From positions 114,257-178,256 of the forward strand of contig JACPEJ010000001.1 of NCBI GenBank assembly GCA_016183565.1: a stretch of DNA of 64,000 bases, read 5' to 3'. Within the stretch, counting starts at the first letter, position 1. The number at the start of each line of letters is the position of its first letter. This stretch comes from Candidatus Blackburnbacteria bacterium. Its GTDB lineage: Bacteria; Patescibacteriota; Microgenomatia; UBA8517; UBA10165. Both the position numbers and the translations under genes were made by a program. Under the pieces are notes generated by a model. That model made no database searches. It saw only the letters and a list, made by a program, of their open reading frames with translations, and had not been told where the DNA came from. Below are positions 8,558 through 15,927 of the stretch, in pieces.

Positions 8558-8917
8558 TGGAGATGGAGGGATTTGAACCCTCATCCGGAAAAACACGATT
8601 GAACGCCTCTACAAGCTTAGTTTATTGATAAATTGTCGCAAAACATCCTCAATAGACAAAAGTAATAGTTTTGCCAAGATCAAAACTTAAATCAAAGCTG
8701 ATCAAACTTTGATCGCATCCTATATTTCGGTTTACACCCGTGTAATGCCGTTAGGAGAGCAAGGCACAGATGCCAGCTTTAAGCAGCGTATGCGTACTCA
8801 AAAGCTGGGGCGTAGGTTTTATCCTCGCCGTTTAAAGTTTTAACCCTGTTTAACGAGTATGAGTCGAACTCGGCCTGCAGCGTGTCAAAGTGCTCTTTCG
8901 TCGAAACCTGTCATCCC
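8558..8917 (-). ncRNA. ssrA: tmRNA (ssrA)
   Basis: Reverse complement starts GGGGATGACAGGTTTCGACG...GCAGGCCGAG...CTCGTTAAACAGG, matching the canonical tmRNA 5' region. It ends with the T-arm GAGGGTTCAAATCCCTC plus acceptor CATCTCC-A, which pairs with the 5' GGGGATG including a G3:U70 pair. Internal tag reading frame GGC GAG GAT AAA ACC TAC GCC CCA GCT TTT GAG TAC GCA TAC GCT GCT TAA. Sits immediately downstream of smpB. CCA is not encoded. Confidence 0.8.
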
Positions 8918-8947
8918 CGTGTCGAAATTTATTCTACAAGTTTTGGT

Positions 8948-9403
8948 TCAAGAGTTTTTAAGTTCGCGCTCTACGTCACGCTCTATATCTTTGCGGCGTT
9001 TAGCTTCGCGCTTTTCGTATTCTCTTTTGCCTTTGGCCAAGGCTATTTTAGCTTTGACCAGACGTCCTCTAGTATATAATGAAATAGGCACTAAAGTCAA
9101 GTGCTCCTGATGAGTTTTTGTGCCTAGGGAAATAATTTCCTCTTTGTGCAAAAGTAGTTTTCTTGTGCGCAGCGGGTCATACTCGGCATTAGTTGTACCT
9201 CCGTACTGAGGAATGTTTGCACCCACAAGCCAAGCTTCGCTGTTTCGAATACGCACAAAGGAACTCGTAAGGTCACCTCTTCCATCTTTTATGGATTTGA
9301 CCTCAAAACCGATGAGTGCAATTCCTGCTTCAAAGATATCGATTATTTTATAGTCTCGCTTTGCTCTTCTGTTGGTCAATTTCATATAACAAGTATATCT
9401 CAC
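8948..9403 (-). CDS. smpB: SsrA-binding protein SmpB
   Basis: 151 aa with SmpB-typical KDGRGDLTSSFVRIRNSEAWLVGANIPQY and a basic C-terminal tail. Confidence 0.9.
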   Translation of the reverse strand: MRYTCYMKLTNRRAKRDYKIIDIFEAGIALIGFEVKSIKDGRGDLTSSFVRIRNSEAWLVGANIPQYGGTTNAEYDPLRTRKLLLHKEEIISLGTKTHQEHLTLVPISLYTRGRLVKAKIALAKGKREYEKREAKRRKDIERDVERELKNS

Positions 9404-9454
9404 TCTTGCTTTTTGTTAAAATTTCTTAAGTTTGAAGTAGTAAACTTTAACTGA

Positions 9455-10150
9455 GTGTCAATTCTTGATTTTCTTTTTCCGAGACGCTGTGTTGGGTGTG
9501 GTGAAAGCGGAGTGTATTTTTGTTCTGGTTGCAGGGGTTTGGCGAAATCCCATTTTCCTCAGATTTGTCCGGTGTGTGAGAGGGGATCTATTGATGGGTT
9601 GAAACACAAATGGTGTTATAAGTCCTATACTCCTGAGGGTTTGATTGTGATGTGGAAGTATGAAGGAGCCCCTCGGAAACTAATTGCGCAGATTAAATAT
9701 GAGTACGTTTCAGATTTGGCAAGTGAGTTGGGAGAAGAACTGGCAGGGTTTTTGAAAGGATACGAGAGAAGTAGTTTGGGGTGTCCTCTTTGGGCGAAGG
9801 ACAAGTTTTTAGTTGTTCCAATACCCTTACACTGGAAGCGTAAAAACTGGCGAGGGTTTAACCATACGGAGGAGGTAGCAAGGGTTTTGGGTTCTAATAT
9901 GGGCTGGCAAGTTGAGAACCTTCTTGAGCGCGCAAGACCAACAAAGACCCAAGTTGGTTTGAAAGGAAAAGAGAGGAGAAAGAATATTCAAGGTGTTTTT
10001 GGGCTTTCTCCGGGTGCACTTGCTTTCCGGGATTTTGAGATCCTTCTTTTTGATGATGTTTGGACTACAGGATCGACAGTGCTTGAGGCAACAAGGGTTT
10101 TGAAAGAGGCTGGGTTTAGGAGAGTTTGGTGTTTGACTTTGGCAAGGTAA
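9455..10150 (+). CDS. comF: ComF family phosphoribosyltransferase (competence protein ComFC-like)
   Basis: N-terminal Cys4 zinc finger (CVGCG...CSGC...CPVC), C-terminal PRTase motif LLFDDVWTTGSTV. Confidence 0.85.
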   Translation: MSILDFLFPRRCVGCGESGVYFCSGCRGLAKSHFPQICPVCERGSIDGLKHKWCYKSYTPEGLIVMWKYEGAPRKLIAQIKYEYVSDLASELGEELAGFLKGYERSSLGCPLWAKDKFLVVPIPLHWKRKNWRGFNHTEEVARVLGSNMGWQVENLLERARPTKTQVGLKGKERRKNIQGVFGLSPGALAFRDFEILLFDDVWTTGSTVLEATRVLKEAGFRRVWCLTLAR

Positions 10151-10207
10151 AAGACAGAGACACCATGGACGATGTCAGATAAGGAAAATATTAGCCGCAT
10201 GGTGGGG

Positions 10208-10504
10208 TTAGGACATGTTCCAGTAAAAGGAAACTTGGATATGGGAGTTAATGTCCACAATCTCGGCTTCGCGAGGAGAAATTAGAATAAATATAGCTCT
10301 ATACTTTCGGTTTACCCTGAACGAGTAGATTTTTAATGCTTTTGGCTCAAGCCTTTCTGTGTGTAAAGAAGGATATCGTGGATTGTCTTTAAATAAGGAT
10401 AGTTGCTTATTAAACTTATTTTGTAGATTATGACGCTTGAGAAACTTTTGTAAATTTTCCCTTAGTGGTTTAACGTCCATATGATGAAGATTTGGATAAA
10501 CCAC
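10208..10504 (-). CDS. Type II toxin, RelE/ParE superfamily
   Basis: KIYSFRVNRKYRAIFILISPREAEIVDINSH core, and overlaps an upstream RHH antitoxin gene. Confidence 0.6.
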   Translation of the reverse strand: MVYPNLHHMDVKPLRENLQKFLKRHNLQNKFNKQLSLFKDNPRYPSLHTERLEPKALKIYSFRVNRKYRAIFILISPREAEIVDINSHIQVSFYWNMS

Positions 10505-10748
10505 TGATCAGGCTGTCAATAAACTTCTCGCTGTATTTGCCTGTCTTTGCCAGTTCGAGCCTTACTTCTTGGAGTGGGCGAGGCGTATATGTTTCAAATA
10601 GCACCTCTTCAGCGAAATGTTTTCTTAGTAGACTTCTAACAAACTCAGATCTTGTTGCAAAGCCCTGTTTTCTTGCCTCGGAGTCAACCTTTTTCGCTAC
10701 TTGGGTTGGTAGAGAGATGGTTACTGTAGCCATATGAATATTTAACAA
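10470..10748 (-). CDS. Ribbon-helix-helix (CopG/ParD-like) antitoxin
   Basis: N-terminal MATVTISLPTQVAKKVDSEARKQGFATRSEFVRSLLR is an RHH motif; overlaps the toxin start. Confidence 0.6.
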   Translation of the reverse strand: MLNIHMATVTISLPTQVAKKVDSEARKQGFATRSEFVRSLLRKHFAEEVLFETYTPRPLQEVRLELAKTGKYSEKFIDSLISGLSKSSSYGR

Positions 10749-10924
10749 TATTTATGAACTTTTATCAATGGCTAATTTGGTGTTTGACTTTGGCAAGGTA
10801 GTTGGCAGTGTCTGTTTGAAAATATCCGAATGGAACTGGCTGGGCAAGGTGGGTGGAACTCCCCCTTCTGGTTGATTATATTGGAACCTACTTTCAAAGA
10901 AAATAATTAGTCTTTCTTTTCTTG

Positions 10925-11158
10925 CTATTTTCTTTTCTTCAAAAGTTTTAAGAACTCATTAGTTGTTATATCGGCTTGTTTCAAAATTGCCCTTAAGGTA
11001 CCAGTTCTTACTGGACGGTTATGTCTAGGAACTACCGTGCGTCTTCCGTCTGAGTGTTTGAAAACCACATGGCTCCCTTTACCCGGTCTGGAAACAAAAT
11101 CTAATTGGAAAAGCACTCTTTCGATATTGCGTGGTCTGATTTGGGGCAATCTTGACAT
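10925..11158 (-). CDS. hicA: HicA toxin (mRNA interferase)
   Basis: 77 aa with LKLLKK...GFVFVSRPGKGSHVVFKHSDGRRTVVPRH...GTLRAILKQA, typical of HicA/YcfA. Confidence 0.85.
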   Translation of the reverse strand: MSRLPQIRPRNIERVLFQLDFVSRPGKGSHVVFKHSDGRRTVVPRHNRPVRTGTLRAILKQADITTNEFLKLLKKRK

Positions 11159-11167
11159 GTTGAAATC

Positions 11168-11440
11168 TCATGCAAAACGCAGAGAAAGTGGAGCCGTAAC
11201 CTGAGTCGTAGTAACAATATCTTGTTGGGTATGATCGACAGGTACAAGTTGCTTATCTTCAGCCAAACTATCTATATAAACTTGAATGGCTCCTTTTACG
11301 TTCTTAAGCGCTTCTTCAACAGTATCTCCGTCATCAGCTACACCAAGAGTGGGACAAAGTGCAGTAAAACCTGCTTTACCTGTTCCGGTTTGAGTGTCAG
11401 GACTAATAATAATACGGTAGTTTAAAACTTTTGTTCTCAT
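11168..11440 (-). CDS. hicB: HicB antitoxin (UPF0150 family)
   Basis: 90 aa with YRIIISPDTQTGTGKAGFTALCPTLGVADDGDTVEEALKNVKGAIQVYI, upstream of hicA. Confidence 0.8.
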   Translation of the reverse strand: MRTKVLNYRIIISPDTQTGTGKAGFTALCPTLGVADDGDTVEEALKNVKGAIQVYIDSLAEDKQLVPVDHTQQDIVTTTQVTAPLSLRFA

Positions 11441-11594
11441 AGTATCTTGAGTATATTACAGATAGCAAAATAAGACAAGCTTGTTTCTTCGAAATAAAGC
11501 AAAATATGAGTCAAGCGAAGTGCAACAAGCGAACCGAACATATTTTTCTTTCTTTGCCCTACGAAGCCTCAGCGAAGTATTGGGCGGCAAATTT

Positions 11595-12198
11595 TTAATA
11601 CCAAATTGTTTTTGTTCTGTGATACGGTTTGTCGTCCGGCGACTTAACTTGTCCTTTGAACCAAAATATTCCGTCAACTTTCGCCGCGTTAGCTTGTGGA
11701 AACTTTTCTTTCAAAATTTTTGTAGCAAGTTCTATCGCCCAAATTGTATTTGCGCGAATTTCTATTTCTTCGTCGCTACCGCTTGGAATTTCAATTTTGT
11801 TATCAATTTTATTGGTAAGCTCGTCTGTGTATTTCAATATCCCAAATTTTCTAAGTAATTGCGGGACTTTGAGAAATTTTTGACGGCTTAAAATCCAAAT
11901 CTCTACGAGTAGGTTGTTTGCCTTTGTGTTGCCAGATATTGAGTATATTCTCAAACAATTCCTCGTCCGAATAATTGATAGTATTTCCGCCTTGCAGTCC
12001 TGCTTTCGAAAGAGCTTTGTTCCAAGTTCCAAACCGCCTCAAAATAGTCGAGGGGTCATATTTACCGTCATTCTCAATATAAGTTTTCATTGAAAGCTTT
12101 TTTTGTGCAATCTTTCCCGACACTAAACGGACATCGTTTAGTAAGTCATCAGATGAAACAGGATTATTTTTTGGTGGTGTATATTGAAAGTTATTCAT
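11595..12198 (-). pseudogene. Frameshifted remnant of a protein with homing-endonuclease-associated repeats (HNH_repeat-like: ...ST I LRRFGTWNKAL SKAGL...)
   Basis: Two overlapping ORFs in different frames (11851..12198 and 11595..12032) share the repeat signature RRFGTWNKALSKAGL / KFGILKYTDEL, consistent with one gene broken by a frameshift. Confidence 0.4.
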
Positions 12199-12291
12199 AA
12201 AATTATTTCATTAAATCATCAATTGAAACGCCAAGTGCTTTGGCGATTTTCGCCATTATGTAAACGGTTGGCTTATTAAAAATGTTTTAAC

Positions 12292-12552
12292 TTACCCTCC
12301 ATTTTTAAGGTATCTTCTTAGCATCCCTTTTATTGTTTTTCTCCCATAACCACTTTTAAGATATTCCTCTCTATTTTTGGCATCAATTCTGTTGATAAAA
12401 GCTTCATAGAAGATTAATTTATATGGTCTAAACGGTTTTGTTGCTAAACTCTTTCCATTATTGTGTTCTTTAAATCTTTTCTTTAGGTTTGCAGTATAAC
12501 CTATGTATAAACTATTATTTTTTAAACTCTGCAGAATGTAAACGTAATTCAT
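12292..12552 (-). CDS. GIY-YIG nuclease family protein (second copy)
   Basis: MNYVYILQSLKNNSLYIGYTANLKKRFKEHN carries the GIY-YIG motif. Confidence 0.8.
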   Translation of the reverse strand: MNYVYILQSLKNNSLYIGYTANLKKRFKEHNNGKSLATKPFRPYKLIFYEAFINRIDAKNREEYLKSGYGRKTIKGMLRRYLKNGG

Positions 12553-12626
12553 TGGCGTGACGTAATAAATTCTGCGAATTTAAGCGTCACAGCAACGTTT
12601 AAATTGCTTTGCAATTTATTACGTTG

Positions 12627-12713
12627 CGGTGGGAGTGGGATTCGAACCCACGATACCTTGCGGTATACGGCTTTTCCAAAACCGCGCACTAGGCCAAACT
12701 ATGCGATCCCACC
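12627..12713 (-). tRNA. tRNA-Ser (anticodon GGA), class II with long variable arm
   Basis: Reverse complement GGTGGGATCGCATAGTTTGGCCTAGTGCGCGGTTTTGGAAAAGCCG...GTGGGTTCGAATCCCACTCCCACCG. Anticodon loop TTGGAAA. CCA is not encoded. Confidence 0.8.
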
Positions 12714-12718
12714 TTGTG

Positions 12719-12790
12719 CGCACCCACCCAGAATCGAACTGGGATCAGTTGCTCCGCAAGCAACTACTCTATCCGTTAAGCTATGGGTGC
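12719..12790 (-). tRNA. tRNA-Arg, anticodon read as GCG (unusual and should be verified)
   Basis: Reverse complement GCACCCATAGCTTAACGGATAGAGTAGTTGCTTGCGGAGCAACTGATCCCAGTTCGATTCTGGGTGGGTGCG. Anticodon stem GTTGC/GCAAC, loop TTGCGGA. The D-arm resembles bacterial tRNA-Arg. Confidence 0.65.
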
Positions 12791-12817
12791 AGGAATTTTT
12801 AGGAGATTTTTACGTTG

Positions 12818-12901
12818 CGGAGGGTACAGGATTCGAACCTGTGAGGGCTTGCGCCCACAAGTTTTCAAAACTTGCGCCATGAACCTCTCGGCCAACCCTC
12901 C
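12818..12901 (-). tRNA. tRNA-Ser (anticodon TGA)
   Basis: Reverse complement GGAGGGTTGGCCGAGAGGTTCATGGCGCAAGTTTTGAAAACTTGTGGGCGCAAGCCCTCACAGGTTCGAATCCTGTACCCTCCG. Anticodon loop TTTGAAA, long variable arm. Confidence 0.8.
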
Positions 12902-12906
12902 TAGGG

Positions 12907-12991
12907 CGGTGGAGGTGGGATTCGAACCCACGTGCCCCTTGCGGAGCGAGGCTTAGCAAGCCCCTGCCATCGGCCACTAGGCGACTCCACC
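12907..12991 (-). tRNA. tRNA-Ser (anticodon GCT)
   Basis: Reverse complement GGTGGAGTCGCCTAGTGGCCGATGGCAGGGGCTTGCTAAGCCTCGCTCCGCAAGGGGCACGTGGGTTCGAATCCCACCTCCACCG. Anticodon loop TTGCTAA, long variable arm. Confidence 0.8.
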
Positions 12992-13046
12992 TTACGCTTA
13001 GATTATATCAGATTTTGTGGTATAATTATACTCAGCACGAGACTAT

Positions 13047-13565
13047 ATGGATTCACCAGAGAATGCCCAATCCAGTGCTGGTAGTCGTTCTTTGACAAAG
13101 GAACTTTTTTCTTGGAAAGCGCCGGTTCGGCCGTTCAAGAGGCGTAATAAAGAATTTTTCACTACGGTTTTGGCGATTGCTCTTTTACTGTCAATAATCT
13201 TTTTTACGATTAGTGGCATAATGCCTGTGATTGTTATCTTCTCTCTTGTTTTTTTGGTGTATATTCTTTCTACGATTTCACCTGAGGAGGTTGAGCACAA
13301 AATAACGAACAAGGGTGTTGTGTTTGCAGGTAAGCAGTATTATTGGACGGATCTTTTGCGGTTTTGGTTTGTTGAGAGGTTTGGGAGTAGTCTTTTGGTT
13401 CTTGAAACCACAAAACTTCCTGGTCGTTTGGAGATGGTGGTTGATCCTCAAGAGAAAGAGAAAATTAAGGGGTTATTGGTTGGCCATATTGATCTTGAAG
13501 AAGCTGCGCCAAGTTTTATGGATAAAACAGCGGCTTGGTTGTCAAGAAGAGTTCCTTTAGATTAA
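13047..13565 (+). CDS. Hypothetical membrane protein (two TM plus a possible PH-like C-domain)
   Basis: 172-aa ORF with hydrophobic helices at 40-85; architecture similar to 5428..6066. Confidence 0.4.
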   Translation: MDSPENAQSSAGSRSLTKELFSWKAPVRPFKRRNKEFFTTVLAIALLLSIIFFTISGIMPVIVIFSLVFLVYILSTISPEEVEHKITNKGVVFAGKQYYWTDLLRFWFVERFGSSLLVLETTKLPGRLEMVVDPQEKEKIKGLLVGHIDLEEAAPSFMDKTAAWLSRRVPLD

Positions 13566-13577
13566 ATTTGGTAAGTT

Positions 13578-13651
13578 GCACCCGTAGCTCAGTTGGATAG
13601 AGCGTGGGATTCCGGATCCCAAGGTCGGTGGTTCAAATCCACCTGGGTGCG
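13578..13651 (+). tRNA. tRNA-Arg (anticodon CCG)
   Basis: GCACCCGTAGCTCAGTTGGATAGAGCGTGGGATTCCGGATCCCAAGGTCGGTGGTTCAAATCCACCTGGGTGCG. Anticodon arm TGGGA-TTCCGGA-TCCCA. Confidence 0.85.
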
Positions 13652-13693
13652 CAAGAATTTAAAATTACTGCTGCCCTAAAAAAAGGTGCAGAT

Positions 13694-14128
13694 ATGAGTG
13701 AACAACTGGTAGCTGGAGCTACTGTTTATAGAAAAAGGAATGGTTCACCTCCTCTTTGGCTTGTTATTAAAAATGAACAAGATGGGGACTGGGAACTACC
13801 TAAGGGGTTAGTTCGACGCGGAGAATCCTCTGTTGGTTCTATCTTGAGAATTTTGCGTGAAGAGGGGGGTATGGTTGTTGAGATTATAGAAGAAGCAGGT
13901 CGTGCTACTGCTTCTAGAACTAAAAATGGCAGTAGGTCAACAGATAAAATTATTTTTTACCTGAGCGAGATGCATTCTAGTCTTTTTTCAGAGTCTATTT
14001 ATTATACTCAGGAAAAATGGCTAGCTTACAGTCGAGCTAAAAAGGCTTTAGGGTTGGAGAGAGAGAAGAGAATTTTGAAACAGGCAAATGATACCCTTAA
14101 AGAATGCCTTAAGAAAAGAAAAAACTGA
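13694..14128 (+). CDS. NUDIX hydrolase
   Basis: Nudix box GLVRRGESSVGSILRILREEGG. Start taken at the MSEQLV methionine, because the ORF-track start (13604) overlaps tRNA-Arg. My manual base counting around 13690 was off by one, so the start coordinate is good to about 1 nt. Confidence 0.75.
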   Translation: MSEQLVAGATVYRKRNGSPPLWLVIKNEQDGDWELPKGLVRRGESSVGSILRILREEGGMVVEIIEEAGRATASRTKNGSRSTDKIIFYLSEMHSSLFSESIYYTQEKWLAYSRAKKALGLEREKRILKQANDTLKECLKKRKN

Positions 14129-14144
14129 TACGCAAATTCTCTAA

Positions 14145-14234
14145 GGTGGGATGTCAGAGTGGTTTATTGGCCAGGTCTCGAAAACCTTGGAGGGAGTAAT
14201 CCCTACGGAGGTTCAAATCCTCCTCCCACCGCCA
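14145..14234 (+). tRNA. tRNA-Ser (anticodon CGA), CCA encoded
   Basis: GGTGGGATGTCAGAGTGGTTTATTGGCCAGGTCTCGAAAACCTTGGAGGGAGTAATCCCTACGGAGGTTCAAATCCTCCTCCCACCGCCA. Anticodon loop CTCGAAA with a C27:U43 mismatch at the top of the stem; long variable arm. Confidence 0.75.
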
Positions 14235-14395
14235 ATTTTCAGAATTCGGATTTTGGGCGATTGTTGCCTCGCCCGCCCGTGTGCATACAACAGATTTACC
14301 CCTTTATTTTGCTTGCCGAGTTTATAATAATTTAGTATCATTGTAGTAAGGATTGGGACTTAATCTCATAGTATAACCTTATAACAATCATACAA

Positions 14396-14471
14396 CTCGT
14401 TTCAAAACTCGTAGATTAGTCTTATTAAATTTTTTGAAACGAGATTGGAGAAGCTGTTTTGAAACAGCTTC
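14396..14471. promoter_or_regulatory. Operator-like inverted repeats (C-box-like) upstream of the R-M operon
   Basis: ctcgtttcaaaa (14396-14407) faces ttttgaaacgag (14432-14443). A 22-bp palindrome gaagctgttttgaaacagcttc sits at 14450-14471. All three share a tttgaaac core. Confidence 0.5.
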
Positions 14472-14663
14472 ATAAAGAAAGCCCGAAACAAAAAGGGCGT
14501 TTCGCAGGATAGGTTGTCAAAAATAATTGAATCGGGAACAATTCAAAATCCGACTATTGACACCCTATCAAAAATCGCCAATGCATTAGATGCCAAGGTG
14601 GACGATTTAATCAAAAAACAATATGAGTCAAGTAGCAACATTATTTTCAAAAACAAAAATTGA
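14463..14663 (+). pseudogene. Start-less remnant of an XRE-family HTH controller (C) protein
   Basis: Frame translation NSFIKKARNKKGVSQDRLSKIIESGTIQNPTIDTLSKIANALDAKVDDLIKKQYESSSN shows a Cro/C1-type HTH but there is no ATG/GTG start after the in-frame TGA. The 3' end overlaps the M1 start by 41 nt. Confidence 0.5.
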
Positions 14664-15891
14664 CTATTCGTGGTCTTTTTCTGATAAAACTAGAAAAGAC
14701 ACCGCTTATATTACTCACGGATACCACCGCTACCCTGCAAAATTTATTCCTCAAATAGTTTCTCGTTTAGCGGAAAAATATACCAAAGACGGAGATTTAA
14801 TTGTTGATCCTTTTGGTGGTTGCGGAACAACGCTTGTTGAATCAAAAGTAATGGGAAGGCCGTCAGTTGGTGTTGATATAAACCCGGTAGCTGTTTTAAT
14901 TACAAAAGCAAAAATTACTCCAATTGATCCTCAAAAAATCGAGAAAGCATTTACCGTACTAAAAGCAAAACTGGGCACATACAACAAAGATACAAAAGTA
15001 AAAGCACCCGAGCATGAAAGAATTGATTACTGGTTTAAGCCCGAAGAGAAAAGAAAACTTGCTTTTATCTTTGCTGAAATTTCAAAATTGAAAGACCAAG
15101 ATATCAAAGATTTTTTCTTTTGCGGGTTTTCTAATATTTTGAAAAATTGCTCTATTTGGCTACAAAAAAGCAATAAGCCGACAAGAGATTTTGAAAAACA
15201 GCCATCAGAGCCAATGAAAACTTTTGCAAAACAAATAAAAATGATGTTAAGGGGCAATGCCCGATTATTTCAGTTGTTATCAGAAAAAGGTTATTTAAAA
15301 GTTTCAAGTAAAGTAGTTTGCACGGACGCAAGAACAATTCCCGCTAAAGATAACAGCGTTAGTTTGATAGTCACATCACCACCCTATGTTACCTCTTACG
15401 AATACGCTGATTTACACCAATTAACTGCTTTGTGGTTGGAATATACAAAAGATTTAAGTGGTTTTCGTAAAAGATTTATTGGTACTTCTTGTCACAGCAA
15501 AAAAGATTTAGTTTTTAATAGCGAACTTGCCGAAAAAATAAGGAACGAATTATTGAAAAAAGATAGGAAAACCGCCGAGGAAGTTTCGACATATTTTAGC
15601 GAAATGAATCAAGTTTTTATTGAAATGAAAAGAATGTTAAAAAAGGATGGAAAAACTTGTATTGTTATCGGCAATACCAACTTAAAAGGAGTTGAGATAT
15701 TAAATGCCGAAGTTTTTGCCGAGCAACTACAGAACTTAGGATTGAAAATCGCTGATATTATTAAAAGAGAAATCCCGTCAAAAAATTTGCCGTCTGTCAG
15801 AGATGAAAAAACAGGTAAGTTTGCGAGAATAAGTGATAAAAATAAAGTGTCAGCTTATCCAACGGAATATATTTTAATAATGGAAAAATAA
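14623..15891 (+). CDS. DNA methyltransferase (N6-adenine/N4-cytosine amino-MTase family; FxGxG motif I before SPPY motif IV)
   Basis: YPAKFIPQIV...GDLIVDPFGGCGTT (AdoMet motif X/I) near the N-terminus and LIVTSPPYVTSYEY (motif IV) around residue 250; 422 aa. Confidence 0.75.
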   Translation: MSQVATLFSKTKIDYSWSFSDKTRKDTAYITHGYHRYPAKFIPQIVSRLAEKYTKDGDLIVDPFGGCGTTLVESKVMGRPSVGVDINPVAVLITKAKITPIDPQKIEKAFTVLKAKLGTYNKDTKVKAPEHERIDYWFKPEEKRKLAFIFAEISKLKDQDIKDFFFCGFSNILKNCSIWLQKSNKPTRDFEKQPSEPMKTFAKQIKMMLRGNARLFQLLSEKGYLKVSSKVVCTDARTIPAKDNSVSLIVTSPPYVTSYEYADLHQLTALWLEYTKDLSGFRKRFIGTSCHSKKDLVFNSELAEKIRNELLKKDRKTAEEVSTYFSEMNQVFIEMKRMLKKDGKTCIVIGNTNLKGVEILNAEVFAEQLQNLGLKIADIIKREIPSKNLPSVRDEKTGKFARISDKNKVSAYPTEYILIMEK

Positions 15892-15927
15892 GCAAAGCTT
15901 GTTTTTCGCTTCGTTCAAAATAAAACT

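Noticed and set aside
12604-12882. 92-aa plus-strand ORF
   Set aside because: Lies entirely across three minus-strand tRNA genes (Ser-GGA, Arg, Ser-TGA); a spurious ORF.
13604-13693. ORF-track start of the NUDIX gene at GTG 13604
   Set aside because: Would translate straight through tRNA-Arg(CCG). The MSEQLV methionine downstream is used instead.
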